DNA of 62,932 nt, the filler included, from Sluysia triapertura (lineage: Eukaryota), in the NCBI GenBank assembly GCA_046118255.1. It is 5 parts of 5 records of this genome, joined end to end, with 100 filler letters (N's around TTAATTAATTAA, not from the genome) between each part and the next. Parts side by side here need not be neighbours in the genome. Positions count along the whole stretch, not along the records: positions 1 to 14,260 come from JBJNIA010001453.1; positions 14,361 to 26,273 come from JBJNIA010156936.1; 3 more parts are not named here. One strand, written 5' to 3'. Under the pieces are notes generated by a model. It did no database searches. It was given only the letters and a program-made list of their open reading frames with translations, and had not been told where the DNA came from. Numbering within the stretch: position 1 is the first letter of the stretch; each line of letters starts with the position of its first letter. Both the position numbers and the translations under genes were made by a program. Below are positions 1 to 14,528 of the stretch, one piece after another.

Positions 1-300
1 TTACTGCCATCATCGATGTTGGCAGTCTATGTCACATTTACATTAGGCTGTCACCACCGATGATGGTCAGTCATCAGTATTTAACTAACTTTATGTTTTA
101 ACTAACACACCACCCAATCAGATTCATCACTTTGTGTCTTATTATTACAAAACTGATTGGGTAGATTAAAAATAGTATCTACAAAAATTTTATCTATACT
201 TTAAAAATATTTCTCAATTAAAAAATTCAATCAATAAAATGATGTTATTTGTACTTAGTACTTTTTAGAAATTAGTATTTTTTGAATACATGTTTTTAAT

Positions 301-732
301 ATGACTACATTATATTATCGTCCGTATTCTACTGAAACTGATGATAAAATTAACTTGGATGACGATTGTCAATCTAATATTACATCGAAGAACAATGAGA
401 ATTCTGATTACTATAAACCAAATGATGACCAGTATAAATTAGCTCTTAGACGAATGAGTACAGAAATAATAAATCTACGTCAACATATCCAAAGATTGAC
501 TCAAAATAATAAAATGTGCAGTAAATGTTCTCCAAACATGAACTTGTCTAATCGAATATTAGTTGAAGATATTATGGACATTAGCAATATATCAAAAGAA
601 GAACTTATAAAGAAATACTACGAAAATTTTCTATACAAAACGAACAATGATTGTATTATACCATTTATCGATATCGATGAAAGACTAATGCTGTATTCAA
701 CGTATATCTCAACTGTTTTTATGTCATTATGA
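301..732 (+). CDS. Hypothetical protein, 143 aa (intronless, short coiled coil and CxxC)
   Basis: Long ORF for such AT-rich DNA; first of three closely packed co-oriented ORFs; no recognisable family. Confidence 0.45.
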   Translation: MTTLYYRPYSTETDDKINLDDDCQSNITSKNNENSDYYKPNDDQYKLALRRMSTEIINLRQHIQRLTQNNKMCSKCSPNMNLSNRILVEDIMDISNISKEELIKKYYENFLYKTNNDCIIPFIDIDERLMLYSTYISTVFMSL

Positions 733-754
733 TTCTTATATATCATTAATTGGT

Positions 755-973
755 ATGGAACAAAAAGATAAAGAATTCTTTTTGCTGCTACGAACTATGT
801 ACAGTGTAATAATCGCTAACGATTTTTCTATCATGTTGAAAACCCAAAATTTCAAAATTTTCGGCTTGGATTTATTGAAGACATCATCCGAAGAATTAAA
901 TAATCTAACGCCATTCGCAAACAAAGTTATTAACGACAAGATAGATTACTTATACCCATTTAATTTGAACTAA
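755..973 (+). CDS. Hypothetical protein, 72 aa
   Basis: Lies 22 bp after the previous ORF and 8 bp before the next; may be a fragment of a disrupted longer gene. Confidence 0.3.
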   Translation: MEQKDKEFFLLLRTMYSVIIANDFSIMLKTQNFKIFGLDLLKTSSEELNNLTPFANKVINDKIDYLYPFNLN

Positions 974-981
974 TTTTAAAG

Positions 982-1695
982 ATGAATACAAATTGTTACA
1001 ATCTGGTTAAATCAAAATATCAATTTATAAAATCTCCTATGTCAAGAAAGTGGGCCAACCTTAAGAATTCATTATGTTCCAATAATTACAATCTAATAAT
1101 TACAATTTTAGTGTATTATCATGAAGGAAATACACCTATTTTAATGCAATGTATTAAATACTCAAAAGTTATGATTAAAGTGAACTACAAGGAATTGATT
1201 AATAACGCACTGTGGTATCAATATGAGTTTATTGAAAAGATCATGACATTTAAAGATGAATTAGTCAAGAATGATTATCCCGTAAAAAATAAAGTGGTAA
1301 ATATGCCTAAAGATGTCCGTAAGTTAGTTGGAGTCAAAATTAATTTCTATGATTTTGATGCATTCAACCAAAGTTCAAGTCATGACCGTACTCTAGTTTT
1401 ATTCAAGAATGTAAATGCGATCTTGGAAAATTTTCATAAAATTACATATGACTTAGATTTTGTTAGTTTTAATTTTATTTATTTACATAACTATTTTTTA
1501 GTTGACCAAATTACTTACTGGATGATGAAACGCCGGCGAGCTGGATACGAAAATTTCCATAATATTGACGTTGTTAATTATCAATTCTTCAAAATATATC
1601 AAATAGTGTTTAGTCTTAAAATTTTTATTCATTCTACAATAAAATTTTGTATTAAGACTTTGATTTTAGTCTTTAAGCTTGTACTCAAATTATGA
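982..1695 (+). CDS. Hypothetical protein, 237 aa (intronless)
   Basis: Longest standard-code ORF in the window, unlikely by chance at this AT content; no recognisable family. Confidence 0.45.
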   Translation: MNTNCYNLVKSKYQFIKSPMSRKWANLKNSLCSNNYNLIITILVYYHEGNTPILMQCIKYSKVMIKVNYKELINNALWYQYEFIEKIMTFKDELVKNDYPVKNKVVNMPKDVRKLVGVKINFYDFDAFNQSSSHDRTLVLFKNVNAILENFHKITYDLDFVSFNFIYLHNYFLVDQITYWMMKRRRAGYENFHNIDVVNYQFFKIYQIVFSLKIFIHSTIKFCIKTLILVFKLVLKL

Positions 1696-4049
1696 CTAAG
1701 ATTTTAAGAATAAAGTATATTGTAACGATTGAATTAAAATATAAATTAAGTCAGTATAAATTTCTATTTTAATAACTCGGCATATCATTGTAAGATTGAT
1801 AAGAAGGTTAAAAGAGTTATCAAAAATAAATTTATCTAGCAAAGAATACATCAAATAGTCCAATAATAAACCGTTGTCAGTCGAAATCTTCACATGCGTC
1901 CTTAAATTTTGAAACATCATTTAATAATATTTGTTACGATGAAATTAACAATACGCCCTCAAGTATAATTTACAACTTCAACATAAATAGATATCTTGAA
2001 TCATCACCTATAAATAATTGTCTAAAGTCATATATAAAACGGGGTCAGAAACTAACCCCTATAATTATTATTGTTATTATTATTAATTTCATTCATTTTG
2101 TATTATTATTATCATTATTTTTATTATTTTCGTCATTACAAACTCGGAAACAAAATTTAATTCATTGTCTGTCATCGGTAGACAAATTAATTAAAACTAA
2201 CTTAGCACTTCATTTCAACTGTCTATCGATGACAGATACTAGTTCAAATTATTTTTGTCTACAACCTGATTGGATGTCAAATTAACTTTAACTGTACATG
2301 CACACTGTCTTTCTTGATTTTGGACGTCCAATCAAACTTCACAACAAATTAAGTAAAATTAATTACACAAAAATAGTGTCTTATAAAAATTTTAGAGTTG
2401 ATAAAAAGGTGTTTTCCAAAATTTTCATTTTAATAACTAATTTGTTAACAATTTTATATTAGTATTTTTTAATTCAACATTGTTTTGGAACAATTTTTTC
2501 TTATCCTAATATTTACCTTGTAATGTACAATTTCAGAATTATAATTATTAAAGACTTAAACGGTTTACAACATTATTATGATCATTACATCTCAATTTTG
2601 GAGTCAAAAAAGTATTTAGTTTCCCAGTTTGTATGTCATCCAAATTTGTTGATAGAAATATAGTAAATATCCTTCTGGAGAAAGATAAATTAAATTTTGG
2701 TGATGTTAATTAATTCTATCATCGAGAAGCAAATGAGTAATTACAGATTTAAAGATGGGTTTGATATACTACATTTCAAATAACAGAATAATCGTTCAAG
2801 AAATATAAAAATTATTGACAAATTAGTTTTACGTAGTCTGTTTCATAAATTATGTATTTTAGTACAAATAATCACAAATGTTTCGAGCTACGAGATTTGT
2901 GCAAGTATACGATATTAGAAGTTTAACCACATAATTTTATCCAGTCGGTCAAACGAACTTATTATGATTTGTAAAAGTGACAAAGGAACCACATTAATAG
3001 ATATAAATCCGTTTTGTCTTTTTAAATGTATCACGTTACAAAAACATGAAATGATTTCTAGATTAATTGAAACCAATGATGACGAAGTCGTACAAAAACT
3101 AGACATGGATTATCTCATCATTACAAGTAAGGAAACGTTATTCAAGACAAAGTTTCAAAGAATAAATCAAAAACTAATCAATTTAAAAATTCTCATGGTG
3201 GTAACAGATCTTTCAATGCAAATACACACATTTATCTTAATGAAGACAAACAATACAAGGATGGTATTTGTTTGTACGTAACTACACCAACCAGTCAAGG
3301 TTTCAGATTTGGTAAAAGGTGTCGTTTCGTTCATAATGTCTTCGAATTCACTGATGGTTCCAGTTATTCCGCCTGTTTCAACGAGCACAACAATTGTATC
3401 AAAGCTCTCCTGTCGAGTTTTGCTATAATGCCGGCAAATTTAGTAATTTCATATTATATTTTATCTTTTTTGATATGAAACTATCTTATTATTCATTTAT
3501 TTAGATTTAAGACCAGAAACGCAATAAATCACGTTTAGAGAATTATATTTCAATTGTGTTTTAACAAAAATAAATGCATCTAATTCTTATCATTGTTTGT
3601 CTCTATGTTTAAAAAATCCAGATTTAATTTTAAAGAAAATTTTTATAAATTATAATTTTGGTAATAGAATTCATCTTTCAAGAATAATTATTTTTAATAA
3701 AAGGTTAATTTCATTACAAAGTCTAATAGTAATGTCCAAAATAAAATATAACATTTTTAACGCACATAAAGTTAGTATTAAGAGTTTAATTAAACGAACA
3801 AATTAACTATTAAGCACTTTTATCCTGAACATCAAGGACGAGTATATTAACTCATCTCCAGACAATTTGTTTAATATTCAAAAGTAAAAAATAAAATTAA
3901 AGGTATGGATAAACGTTCATTACGAGTACATAATAGATTCATAAAATATTAAACATCACCCAGATACATTTAAATTTTACGCACATACAATAAATTTACG
4001 ATAAATAAAAAACCACTACAATATTATTCATATCCGTAATGTAAGAATT

Positions 4050-4440
4050 TATAAATTAATGTCATGATTTTGAATTCTATTCTTGCTTTTATTGGCAACT
4101 AATGTAGTTATTTAAGGTAAGGTGTTAATTCTAACTTGGAGAATTAGTCTTGCTGCTTGATTAATTATTAATTGTAATTTTTTCACTTTTCTATATGAAA
4201 TTGAGTACAGCAAACCATTGTTAAAATCTATGTTGCTAGTTATCAATGAATGAACAATGAGTTTAGCTGTTTCTTTATTAATAAATTTTCGAATATGTGA
4301 TATCTTATTTAATTGAAATTTACACTTATTAACAATACAATTAATATTTTCTTCCATGTTCATTAACTTTGCTTCATTTATTTTGATATTGTCACTATTT
4401 TTATTACTGAAGATTATAAATTCTGATTTTTCTTCATTGA
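4050..4440 (-). mobile_element. Non-LTR retrotransposon (L2/Crack/Daphne-type) ORF2 C-terminal remnant
   Basis: 'INEEKSEFIIF', 'ISHIRKFINKETAKLIVHSLITSNIDFNNGLLY...LQLIINQAARLI' and 'LPIKARIEFKI' match the conserved post-RT region of L2-group LINEs; internally deleted. Confidence 0.8.
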
Positions 4441-4925
4441 TTTTATTTTATTTTATTTATTTATTTTTAATGACATTTATATATTAATATTAATTTTAAC
4501 TAATGAAATTATTTTATTAAAATTAATATTTTGATTTGGATATTATTAGTATTAGCATGTTTTAAATTTAACTTTGATTTTTTTGAAACATTTTAACTTA
4601 GTGTTCGTTTGTATTCACTCATCTGAATTATTTTAATTATGCAGCTGAATTGCATTATTTTTGTTTTCAATTGTCTTGTTTTTTTCTTTTAATTATAGAA
4701 TTTATATCAATCAAATTTTTATCTATCAAATTATTCTTTTAAGTCACGAAATGAAAGTTAATAATTTATTTGTAGAATTGAATTGCAAATACATAGATAA
4801 ATTCTAAATATATTATTAAAATTTTATGTAATTGAATAATTGGATAATACAATTTTAATAAAGCATAAATTTAAATTTAATATTTTTAGAAAATGTCATA
4901 ATAAATTAAATCAATTAATATTTAG

Positions 4926-5796
4926 GATTTATCGTCTTATGCCCAAAAATGGTCCGAAAGAATGGCTAATCAAGATCAATTAGAATATAGTAATTTTGTT
5001 TACCAAGGAGAACCAATCGGTGAAAATCTATTTTTTAAATCATCAAAATGGACAAATCAAACTGGTTTGAATGTGTTTGTAAAATTATAATAGATACTAC
5101 TTTTTTTAAAAGAAATTTATTAAATTAAATAGATTAAGGCGCCTAAGGATGGAAAGCAACTGATGAATCAAGAACAACAATAATTTTTCACACAATATTA
5201 TATCTTATCATCTTTAGAAGATATAATAATATTTTGATATGGCACAAAAATATATTATAATTATTCAACTTAGAATTCATAATATTATATTATAATCTTT
5301 ATTAACATTCATTCCAAGTAAATCTGTCTGCAATAGTGTTATCTTTATTACTTAATTTAATCAACATAATATTTTATAATATTTTATAATAATATAAATA
5401 AATAATATAACAAATTAAAGACATTTTATTAATTAAATGCAAAATAGACAATTATAAATTTAAAATTTCAGTTGAAATCAAATATTTACAAATTAAACGA
5501 ATTCCTTTATTTGTAAAATATAAAATTATAATATAATTATGATTATAATTTTAATAACGTTATAATATAATTATAATTTGATAATAAACTTTAAAAATTT
5601 GACTTACAATTTTAAATATAATAATTTCTGATGTTATTGTTTTATTGTTATCATGATTATGATTATAATTATGATTATAATTATGTTTATAATTATGATT
5701 ATGATTATTATCTAGGAAAAGAACTGGTGTCCATGTGGTACAATGAATCTGTGGATTACGATTATCATAATGAACCGTGTAATTTCAGTGAGATCG
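4926..5796 (+). CDS. Two exons (4926-5064, 5716-5796) of a CAP/SCP-domain protein (GLIPR2/GAPR-1-like), partial
   Basis: AG/GT-bounded, phase-compatible exons: DLSSYAQKWSERMA...PIGENLFF...QT|GKELVSMWYNESVDYDY...EIG, with the AQ.W, GENL and WY.E CAP motifs. Confidence 0.85.
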
Positions 5797-7207
5797 GTTA
5801 AATATTTTAAATAAGTATACGAAAAATATTAATAAAAAAATAAATCTATATATAATATGCACAAAATATTAGATAAATAAAAACAATAAAAAGAATTATA
5901 TTGCTTATCAATATGTCTACCATATAATGAACAAGAATAATTACAAAGGAATTCTTGATTTTTAACTTAGATGCAACTATCGTGAACGAACTTTTTTGTT
6001 TTTTTTCAATGTCTTTTTCCTTTATTTTTATCAATAATTATTACATAATAAATAATAAATACGAACAATTATTATCATTAATTCATTAAATTATGAAAAC
6101 TTTGATTATCCATATATAAAAAACCATTTGCATTAAAATATACGTATAAAAATTTATACATTTATGCGTCAGGTTGATAAGAATGTGTTAATTAGATGAG
6201 ATTGTATCAAAATATAATAAAATGTTACAATTTCATTTTAATAATAATAATAACAATAATTAATAATTATGTTGTTACTATATTTTTGGCATTGTAGTAC
6301 AATTATTGCAAAATTTTGAAATCACTAATATTGCTAAATAGCAACGTATTTTCACATGTTTATAACCACTGTAGTGGACATTGTAACTTTTACTTAGTAC
6401 TATCACGAATACATTTAAATTGCACATTTAATATTTTGCCAATGATAGCACAATAATTATTTATTTTAAGTCTACAGTAATGCAAATTTTTGAATAATTT
6501 TTTACTACATAGTTGGAGACGGATATTTTTTAATTTTAATTTCTCATTCGAATTAATTAAACAAGAAAAATATATAAACAAAATTGATGCGAAAATTTGA
6601 TTTTAAAATTACATAAAATATAAAGCACTTTACAAATTTAATACTATATAATTATAAATTGAATAAATGTTTAAAACTTGATCCATTGTTATTCTTGTCT
6701 TTAAAGAAATGAAAAAATATGTTTCTAGAAAATTATTGTGAAATTTAAATATCCAACATAAGATTTTGTAAAATGTAAGAATGTTTGATAAGCGTTTAAG
6801 ACCATTGAATAACCTTGACAATCTTTGCGATCATTAAAATACTTGTGAAATAAAATTATTGTTACTAATAACGACAAATAATTAGTATAGATATGTAGGA
6901 AAAGAAGTCAGTAGGTGAAAACTAAAAATACCTTAGGAAGTAGCAAACAACTTCAAAACTTTGATAAAACTTTAACAATAATTCTAAAAATAAATTAATT
7001 AACTTAATTAAGGGAAAATAACTTTCGAAAGCGTGTGAGTTCGTTTTTGTTAGTCCTACTTTTGTTTGTTATTGTTATAATGTTATGTAATGATAATTAT
7101 GGTAGATGCATTAGAGTAGTAGGTTAATGTTGACGTTTGGAAGGGAAAGATGTTAAACCGAGTGGATTTATAAGTTACTTAAAATTTTCGTAAGAAGACC
7201 GAAGTCC

Positions 7208-7447
7208 TTATTAATCCTTGAATCAGCCTTATTGATCTAAAATTTTGAAATGTATTCGTGAAAAGTTTTGTTAGTGTGAATTAAGGTATGTATTGATAGT
7301 TTCATAACACATATTAATGTATGTTATTAATCCTTGAATCAGCCTTACTGATCTAAAATTTTGAAACGTATTCGTGAAAAGTTTTGTTAGTGTGAATTAT
7401 GGTATGTATTGATAGTTTCATAACACATATTAATGTATGTTATTAAT
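7208..7447 (+). repeat. Tandem duplication of a 116-bp unit
   Basis: Near-identical copies start at 7208 and 7324. Confidence 0.85.
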
Positions 7448-7651
7448 ATATGATTGTAAGTCATATGAGGATCTAATTATGTTATAATAATATATATCTT
7501 GTAACTCTTTTTACTAAAATTTCTAATAATTATTCAGAAATCTCTAACAATTTTAAAATGACTCATAAAATTTCAATTTACTTTTAAATAAATTGTTTCA
7601 ATGAAATGCAAATTGGAAACAAAATTCAATTGAGTAATGTCACTAATTGTA

Positions 7652-7787
7652 NNNNNNNNNNNNNNNNNNNNNNNNNNNNNNNNNNNNNNNNNNNNNNNNN
7701 NNNNNNNNNNNNNNNNNNNNNNNNNNNNNNNNNNNNNNNNNNNNNNNNNNNNNNNNNNNNNNNNNNNNNNNNNNNNNNNNNNNNNNN
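7652..7787. other. Intra-scaffold assembly gap
   Basis: 136 N without the TTAATTAATTAA core. Confidence 0.9.
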
Positions 7788-10285
7788 CATGGATTCTAGT
7801 TGATTTAGCTGTATAAGTATATACGCAATCATTATGCAATAAGGAATGATTTTTGCATAAATGATTTGTTACGTACATTATAAATGAGTAGTTTGAAACA
7901 GAATGCTTTAATGAGTAACACTGTATGTTGAGAAGTTTGATAAATTTTTCACAAAGAATGTAAAAATATGAGTTTAGTGGATCAAGTTGCAACCTTTTTT
8001 AAAATTGGAGATTTTGTTAAATAATTCGTAATTTATGTACGATAATTGTGCTTGAAATATAATAAAAATAATATGAAATAAAATTCAAATTACATAGAAA
8101 TTAGGATGTGTTTGAGTCTTTGAATGTTTTGTGTTTAATATTTTTATATTAATTTAACATTTTATTGGTAATAATATTGTAAATTATGATATTGAGCAAA
8201 GTCCAATTATTATTAATTTTTAAAATTAAATTTTAAATTTTTCATATTTCGAATGATGAAATGAGGATGAATAGAATATGAATTAAAAAAATTTAGAATT
8301 CACTTTACAATGTTTAAAAAATGGTTGTTTGAGAATTAAAGACTTAAACGTTTTCCATTAAGAAATAAGCTATAAATAATTGAAAATTAATTAAATTCTA
8401 AAAAAATTCACTTTTTATTGTTAGGTTGTTATCACAACTATTAGTTAATTGTAAAAAGTATTTAAAATTATTAAATTCCTAAAAAGAAAATAATTTTGAA
8501 AAAAAGAAAATACTAATTTTTAAAAATGACGTCGAAAATTCTAGAAGATTCGAGAAAATTCCATTCCTTTTCAATGACCGATGGCTAGTGTATATACCAT
8601 GATCAATTCAATAGAAAGACATCAAAACATTTTTTGAAAATTTTTATTAGTTCAATTACGAGATTATATTTAGCAAAAAACAAATTACGTTTATAAATTG
8701 GTCATGGACAATATCCACATGTCTAGTAAGGCCGTTTCGATTCTAAGAAACGGAATATTAAAATCACACATAAATTCTTTTATTTAATTTATTTAATGAA
8801 GGCAATAATTAAATACCTGAGTTATAAAATATTTATTTTATCTTGGTTCTATGTACATTATCATTTAAAAAATTAAGTATTATATTATAATAAACCTTGT
8901 AGTTTCTTCTTGTTCATTTAATATTAACTTAATTTAGATATTTTAATAAAACTTACAAGAGTTCATAATAAACATTGAGATTAGATTGTCAGAGATCATA
9001 GAATTAAATTCGTAAAATAAAACCCTTAATTATTACGAAATTAAGAAAAATTATTAAAGTAAAGTACAAAAGATAAGTACACGTTAAGTTAAATCTTTTG
9101 CAATAAAAATGATTATTTTAGTTACAGTAACGCTCACTCGACGTTGGTTAAGAGTTAAGACAATATGTGTGGTATTAAATCTAATGATTGTTATTTTAAT
9201 GTGAGAAATAATTTAAGTAAAAAGAGATTAAGTAGTGTTAAATAATGGTTCATTATTAATCGATCTTCGAATTTGCCTTTTTGACCTGATCCTCAAAGGT
9301 GGTCGAATGATTGAAGGATGAGAGAGATGTAAAAGAGTTTGCTGCAAAAATATAAGGACACAGAAGATAATACTTCTTACTTATTATCTGCTTTGACATC
9401 ATTATTATAATAAATTTTATAATAAAAATATAATAAAATCATATATTGATATATTAATACAATTTTTAATATTATCGTATTATAAAGAAAAAGAAAAGAA
9501 TTGGCATTATATATTGTGCAAAAAATAACGAAACATTTTAAAATAAAATTAAAAAATTATTTCAATCTTTATTAATTATAATACATTTTACATTTTCCGT
9601 GACAATATTTTTATACACTTTTGCTTAATAATTCCACAGTATCCTTAAAAATGTTGAATTTTATCACAAAAATGGTCTTTAGTCGAATAATTTTGTCATC
9701 ACTGTACATTTATTATGAATATTGTAATTAAGATTGTATTCAAGTATTTTAAATGTAATGCTCATTTAATATTTAACCCTTTAACTTCCGGTGAGCGCAT
9801 TTTTTCGAACATAAATTTATTTGAGAGATTATATAAAATATATGTGAAAAAAGCCATTAAAAAGCTGCCGCCACTTACGTTAATGTCAAAATTAATTAAA
9901 TTAAATTATTTTCAATAAAATAGCATAAAATGTAAAATTGGTAAATTTAGTATTTTCTACCAAAGTGTAATATAGTGTGGAATGTTCTAAAGCAATCTGC
10001 CATCTTCTAACAAAATTAATAATAACTTTAGACTTTATAATATTTTCACTTATTTTATTTGATTCAAATATTGAATAATTAATTAGCATAAAGGCAGTGT
10101 TATATCGAATTGATTATTATTTGATATTTATTGTGATTTATTGTTTTGTAGTTGTAATATATTGAAATTGAGACTCATTTAATTGCTTTTTATGATTTAA
10201 CGAATGTAAAAAGATAAAAACACAACATTAAATACGATTAAATTTTAATAACTGACAAAAAATATTACTACAGTTCTATTATTAC

Positions 10286-10414
10286 TGTTAGACTTCGTAA
10301 AATGGACTGACCAGGGATCGAACTGGGGACCTCTAACTGCACAGCCCGTCTAACGATTTTATTTTATTATAGTCAATTTTACCAAATGGCACTTTAGGCC
10401 TTTTTACCCCAACA
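10286..10414 (-). mobile_element. Degenerate copy of the tRNA-containing TG...CA element
   Basis: Reverse-complement match to 28097-28257 with the D-arm region deleted; TGT...ACA ends; flanked by TTAC/TTAC. Confidence 0.75.
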
Positions 10415-12519
10415 TTACTACTGCATGATTATTTAAATTGAAAATGACGATATTTAAAAATACATAACAGAATTTTCAATAAATGGAAATTTAAGACTTC
10501 TTTTTATATTAAATTAGAATGAAGACAAAATAATACAAACTTATATTTAACTTATATTTAACTTATATTTAAAATTTAATACAATAGAAATAAATTATTA
10601 GATCCTTAACCTGGTCGATTCATTTTTTGCGTTTTTTGTAGTTTATAAATAATTTTAAGGCGAAACATTTCGCTTAAAATGACTTTTATTTTAGAAATGA
10701 TGGTTAATTTATTACTTCAATCAGAATTTGAAAAATTCATTATTATTAATTGTTTAAAACTTTAATAATCGATTAATTCTAATTTATACGAAATGTCAGA
10801 CTTTGATAACTAGTCAAAAATTGTTTCATAATGTTTCAAACGATTATATAAATCTAAATTAATAGATTTATCAAAATGGCATAGATTGCAAAGAATTTAT
10901 GAATTAAATATAATTTATGATTCATTGTTTAAAGTTCATTGACGTTGAATAAGTTTCAGCAGGTTATAAATTTTATATATGTATATATAAATGCATTTTA
11001 TATTATTAAAAATTATATTCTTTTTTAATAATGTTAGGTTACAGTAAGATTAATTTTTTGTAAATAATTTTATTAGGTATTGTTATATTATTATTGACTA
11101 GTTTTGAATTGACTTTGTCGAAGGTTATTTTTTGTTTTTATCGAAATGAAAAAATTTTACGAAAATGTAATTAGTAATAGTTACTTGTTAATACGACTTA
11201 TTTTCAAGTTTTTGTGAAAAATAATTAATTTAATTTTGCTAAATTATATTTTCACATTTTAAGATAATTTGTTCTAAAAAAATAACAAGGCAAGACTAAA
11301 TACCGAACGATATGCAATAGAGATTACATATTAGTATGAAATGGAAGTTTTATTAATATATAATTTCAGGAATAAAAATATATTGTAATGAATAAATTCA
11401 ATGATTCGATAAATGAATCAACATAAACCTTTTGCATTTATGCTATTGTTTATGTAAAAAAGATTTAAAAAAGTACTTTAGTATCTTTTAGAAATGTAAC
11501 ACTAATAACTGTAAGTATTGATTTGGTTTGCATCGTGACTAAAACAGTGTTGGGGTTAAAACTGTATTGTATGCACAATGAATACCAAATGAAAACGTTT
11601 TTAATTTAATTTAAAGTCAGATAATCATGGAAAAATTTAAAAGCTCATAAAAATAATGTTTGGTAATTTTAAATTAAGTTATAATTCCAAACAATCTTAT
11701 TCATTTTGACATAAAGTAGAAATTGAACTATTAACACGGATTAATAATCATCCAATTTAAAACAAGGCATTATTATGATTAGCTTTATTGTTTATGAAGA
11801 TATTTATATGATTTTATATTTCAAATATTATTTAAGAGTCATTTTGAAAACTGCTATAACATCAAGTGAAATATTCTGAGAAGCGTTAACTAGAGCTTTA
11901 GAACTAGAATCTCAAGGAGTGTCATTGTTAATGCTTTCTATTAAATCAGAATTGCCAAATCAAATCGATATAAACATTTTTTGCGAACATATTTTCCTAC
12001 TTATACTGTAGTATATTTTCCCGAAGTTTTTCTAAGGGATTTTATGATTATTATATATAGAAATGGTTTTTACAACTGAAATCTAAAATCATAATCAATA
12101 TTTCAGCGATACTTTGACATCATTAATTTATATGATCGTTTTAATTTCTTTTTCTTACTCATGTTTCTAAACAATTTCGTACTATTGCTTCATTGTTGTT
12201 AGTTTAGATATGACCATGTGGCTGCATGAGAAAATAATATCCATGAAATTATGAAAACATATTGTTTTATGACAGTAGCACAGAATATTAGTTGAAGTTA
12301 GAATTATTAGATTCATGGGAAAGTTTAAGAACACCAACAAGTTTAAGAACACCATTAAATAAATGTAGTCTGTGTATTTATTTTAAATTTGTTTGAGATA
12401 GCATCGAGTATCATTCGACCGAGTGGATGTCATGGAATTTAGTTTCAAACATGTCTTTATTAAATTCTTAATAATTACTTTTAACATTTATTTTGCTGTC
12501 ACATTTCGTAACTAATACT

Positions 12520-13450
12520 CAACGTTCGACCTTCACTAAAAGCAAGGCTTTTCATGAAGTTAAAGTACAGAACTAAAACTCGACGATATCCTATAAATAA
12601 CTCCATATTAATACGTCTCACTCGAATCTCCAACAAGTCAGTTAGTACACGTTTTAGACCACCAGGTTTGTAGTCATTCAGTCTTACAAGTTCGACATCA
12701 ATAGAGCATGGGTTTAGGCAATTCGTGAGGTATAAGGGTACAGATGACTGATGTGAGGCTGTTAAAAAGGCGGAACGCGCAGACTATATTTGGATAAATA
12801 GAGTTATCATAAGAAAAAATCAGACTAAGAGCTTCATTATTTTATGAACATAGAAGAAGAAATTATTCAGAGGAAACTGTGTCAAGCCTAGAAATAATTT
12901 TAAATCATTTCGTCGTAACCTACTGATTTGGGGAGATTCTTGGATTGTTTACCATGGGGACTACTAAAAGTTTGGGTATTTATATTGATGTTATAGAAAT
13001 GAAACGGCACACGAGTATTAGAAGTTGCGGTACATAAGAAACTTATTCTTACAACTAAGACTACATGTCTGTAACTTGGAGGCATATGAAAGATTTTCCT
13101 CCAAAAAATTAGGAAGACTAACACACTTTAAAATTCCACATGACTTTTGCTACATCTCCGCCAGTACATGGGCTATCAAACCATCACATAAATTGTTTAC
13201 GAACACCTATATAACACAATAATTCTTATAACTGAGGCTACGCATTTGTTTCTTGCAGGCACATAGAAGATATTCTTCCAAAATATTATGAAGACTTTCT
13301 TTCTTTACTTTGCCAAATGGAAACCCTAAGTAAATCATTGCTTACTCATCAGTCCGTTTCATGTTTACTATCGGTATACTGTTAATGCTAAGACATAAGT
13401 AACTTTCAGCGATGTTGTAGTAGAAGCATTTAGTGGGGCGGAAAATTAAG
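12520..13450 (-). mobile_element. Probable decayed non-LTR retrotransposon fragment
   Basis: Raised GC; minus strand reads 'LSINSIPIV...IYLGFPF', like the last RT motif; many stops. Confidence 0.35.
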
Positions 13451-13798
13451 TTTGCTGACTTTGATTGCTCAACAATACGCTTCAAGTAACCATTTTCATT
13501 TTGTGTATTATCTATACATTAAGTAATTATGTAGTACATTCACATTTACTTTCTAGTAATTTATTAGTTGTACTAGTTTGTTCTTGTTAGTATTGATTTC
13601 TATTTTAATAAAACACAGGTTTTTTGTTCTACTGCAAGTACAATCACAATTTGACTTGATAATACGCATAACAAGTTTATACTGATGTTACTAAGATATG
13701 TGTGTGCTAATTTTTAAGATGAGTTCTATGTAGTTCGATTTATTTAAATATTATATTTTATATTTACAATAATTATATTATTTATTGATTATATTTAG

Positions 13799-13970
13799 AA
13801 TATAATATGTGACTTAATAACTGACAAAACGTTGCAAGAATTATGTACTACATATGAAGAATCGTCATTGTCTTCTACATCGAATCAAAATGTTGTCAAA
13901 TATATTGAAATGTTAGAATTTATGAAAATTGTTAGATCTCCAATCCAGATGCAAGACACATCTGATACGG
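13799..13970 (+). CDS. Isolated internal exon of an unidentified protein
   Basis: tttag|...|gtatgt boundaries and open frame NIICDLITDKTLQELCTTYEES...VVKYIEMLEFMKIV. Confidence 0.5.
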
Positions 13971-14260
13971 GTATGTTCCATTTTTGTTAAATTGATTACT
14001 TATTTTTAAATGATTTTAAACAACGTTTTAAATATTTATTTATGTTAATTTTAGAAAGATTTTATAATTGATCAATGACCAAACTTTTATTAGAATAATT
14101 TATAATTTAATTTCCATTTATTGTTAATGCAATTTTCAGTTTTCTTTTTTGGTAATTAATAATTCTTATCCATTAATATTTAGTTTAACCCCTTACCGGT
14201 TTTATTTTTTTTCTGTGAATGGTCAAAAACTGACTTAATTTTTTTTTTAAATTTAACTCA

Positions 14261-14360
14261 NNNNNNNNNNNNNNNNNNNNNNNNNNNNNNNNNNNNNNNN
14301 NNNNTTAATTAATTAANNNNNNNNNNNNNNNNNNNNNNNNNNNNNNNNNNNNNNNNNNNN
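14261..14360. other. Artificial contig-joining linker (44 N + TTAATTAATTAA + 44 N)
   Basis: The same 100-bp linker, with stops in all frames, recurs four times about 12 kb apart. Confidence 0.97.
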
Positions 14361-14411
<51 letters not shown>

Positions 14412-14528
14412 TACTACTACTACTACTATTACTATTATTATTATATTGTATTATATTATAATTATAATAATTATTAATATGTATAAGGTAATTGTAAAAT
14501 CCATTTTTAAATGATATAAAAAATTTAG

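Noticed and set aside
7573-7992. Track ORFs spanning the N gap
   Set aside because: Open only because Ns translate as X.
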